Of a DNA stretch of 47,648 nt, positions 46,310-47,648 are shown in pieces. How positions within the stretch are numbered: the first letter of the stretch is position 1; each line of letters opens with the position of its first letter. Below the pieces are notes generated by a model that saw nothing but the letters and a program-made list of their open reading frames with translations, made no database searches and was not told the DNA's origin. The DNA lies in NCBI GenBank assembly GCA_021162655.1, contig JAGGYI010000083.1, forward strand, positions 1 to 47,648, written 5' to 3'. The stretch comes from Anaerolineae bacterium (GTDB lineage Bacteria > Chloroflexota > Anaerolineae > UBA1429). Position numbers and translations under genes: made by a program.

Positions 46310-47648
46310 ATGTTAGAAGCATTGCGAAAGCTTGGTGAAATCCGGGGCGGACCGGCACAGCATGACGTGCTTAGCGCCTCACACATTATCATTGTAGACA
46401 TTTCCTTCCATACAGGAGAGATTTTAGGTGTATCTCTGCGAAATTTCGAATCACATCATGCAGAGAAATGTCTGTACACACAACACAGTGCCAATCGAAC
46501 GCCGGTTGTGCCCACTATCAAAATAGCGCTTCGGGATTTGGAGAAAGCAGAGGGGCACCTACGCCTCAAAAGATCCTTATACCAAAAGATGAAGAGAAGC
46601 ATTACGCGACTGTCCAAGGCAATAGAAGTGCCCATCGATTCGGAATCCGTTCTTAGTAGAATCGAAATGGAAATAGGGCGAATCTTATCTCCAAAGATAA
46701 CTGGACTAGCAGCTACCTTGACATTTAATGGAAAATTTATGAGCGAAATTCCCGTCATTCAGGAGCACTTTGGCAAGAGTAGGCGAAAACGAGCATCTAA
46801 AAGTTTTTCAAAAGGCATATGTGCTGTCTGTGGCAAGATCAAAGAAGTTAGCGGTGACATCTCTCCCTTCACATTTTACACCATCGACAAGCCCGGCTAT
46901 GTGGTTGGCGGCTTTGACAAGTCTTTAGCCTACAAAGCCTTTCCCTTGTGCTACGACTGCCGAGACCTCATTCAAAGGGGCCGCCAGCATGTGGAAGAGA
47001 ACCTCAAGTTCTCCTTCGTGTCTCAGTCTCATATCCAATATCTACTCATTCCTGACTTTATCTTTGGCACGGAACCCGTGCACCAAGAAGTATTGGACAT
47101 TCTCACCAAGGAACGAACTCAGCGCCAGCGGCGCTTGCACTCCCTCAAGCACCAAGAACTGCGGCGGATCACCGATGACGAAGAGGACATCCTGAGCCTG
47201 CTCAGCGAAGAGCAGGACGTAATGACATTCCATTTCCTCTTTATGACTCACCAACAAAGCCGAGAGACCATCGAGCTCTACATCCAGGACGTATATCCCT
47301 CCCGCCTGCGGGCATTGCTGGATGCCAAGGTCACTGTGGAACGCCTCATGCGCCTACCGCGAGAGGATGGCACATGGCGAGAGTACACTTTCACTTATGC
47401 TACGGTGTATCGCTTCTTCTCCAAGGCCGATCCTACCAAACGAGATCCGGACCTATTACGTCATTTCTACGATCTAGTGGATCGTACCTTCCGAGGGGTG
47501 CCCGTATCCATTCGCTATCTAATCCCCTTTTTGGTTCGGCAAATCCGTCACGATGTGGTCACCCCCGATCGGAGAGATCAGGGACAATACCGTTTCACCA
47601 TTCAAGATGCTTTGGCTACGTTGCTATTTGTACAGCTTGTGACACAAA
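46310..47648 (+). CDS. cas8b1: Type I-B large subunit Cas8b1 (TM1802/Csh1-like), truncated by window end; absent from the ORF track
   Basis: Manually translated open frame MLEALRKLGE...GICAVCGK...PFTFYTIDKPGYVVGGFD...FPLCYDC...YLLIPDF...IQDVYPSRL to the window end; directly follows cas6. Confidence 0.88.
   Translation, partial: MLEALRKLGEIRGGPAQHDVLSASHIIIVDISFHTGEILGVSLRNFESHHAEKCLYTQHSANRTPVVPTIKIALRDLEKAEGHLRLKRSLYQKMKRSITRLSKAIEVPIDSESVLSRIEMEIGRILSPKITGLAATLTFNGKFMSEIPVIQEHFGKSRRKRASKSFSKGICAVCGKIKEVSGDISPFTFYTIDKPGYVVGGFDKSLAYKAFPLCYDCRDLIQRGRQHVEENLKFSFVSQSHIQYLLIPDFIFGTEPVHQEVLDILTKERTQRQRRLHSLKHQELRRITDDEEDILSLLSEEQDVMTFHFLFMTHQQSRETIELYIQDVYPSRLRALLDAKVTVERLMRLPREDGTWREYTFTYATVYRFFSKADPTKRDPDLLRHFYDLVDRTFRGVPVSIRYLIPFLVRQIRHDVVTPDRRDQGQYRFTIQDALATLLFVQLVTQ

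Noticed and set aside
46456-47257. Short track ORFs downstream of cas6
   Set aside because: Alternative-frame or antisense fragments within the long cas8b1 frame
45113-47648. CRISPR array near the cas genes
   Set aside because: No regularly spaced direct repeats found; any array lies outside the window

Overview
Bacterial chromosomal window, mostly housekeeping and catabolic genes, probably from a Chloroflexota (Anaerolineae-like) genome; this is inferred from the C-terminal 'LPLIFR'-type export motif, Pro/Thr-rich lipoprotein linkers and gene content. In order it holds: a sugar transferase; an ECF sigma/zinc anti-sigma/membrane protein operon with a SigW-like autoregulatory promoter; tandem deoxynucleoside kinases; a cytoplasmic glycan-processing operon (beta-helix, SGNH, GH27, GNAT, DUF362, sulfatase); an M42 peptidase, a URO-D-family protein and a PrsA-like foldase; a folate operon (MBL-folE-TPR-folP-folK, no folB); a soluble receiver/GAF-histidine kinase/Ser-Thr kinase-STAND-TPR operon; a 2109-aa S8 protease; a UxuA-like protein; an anti-sigma-like/ABC module; an SH3 protein; tRNA-Glu(CTC); yjbQ, a radical SAM pair and a HIT protein; a putative non-phosphorylative sugar-acid cluster; a lipoprotein; tRNA-Arg(TCG); and the start of a type I-B CRISPR-Cas operon (cas6, plus a truncated cas8b1 that is missing from the ORF track). 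I found no CRISPR array, transposase or integrase. I cannot point to a clearly new system. The best leads are the cas leader and mosaic cas8b, the hybrid signalling operon, the folate operon's possible FolQ/FolB stand-in, and a sugar-acid dehydratase with unusual Fe-S motifs.
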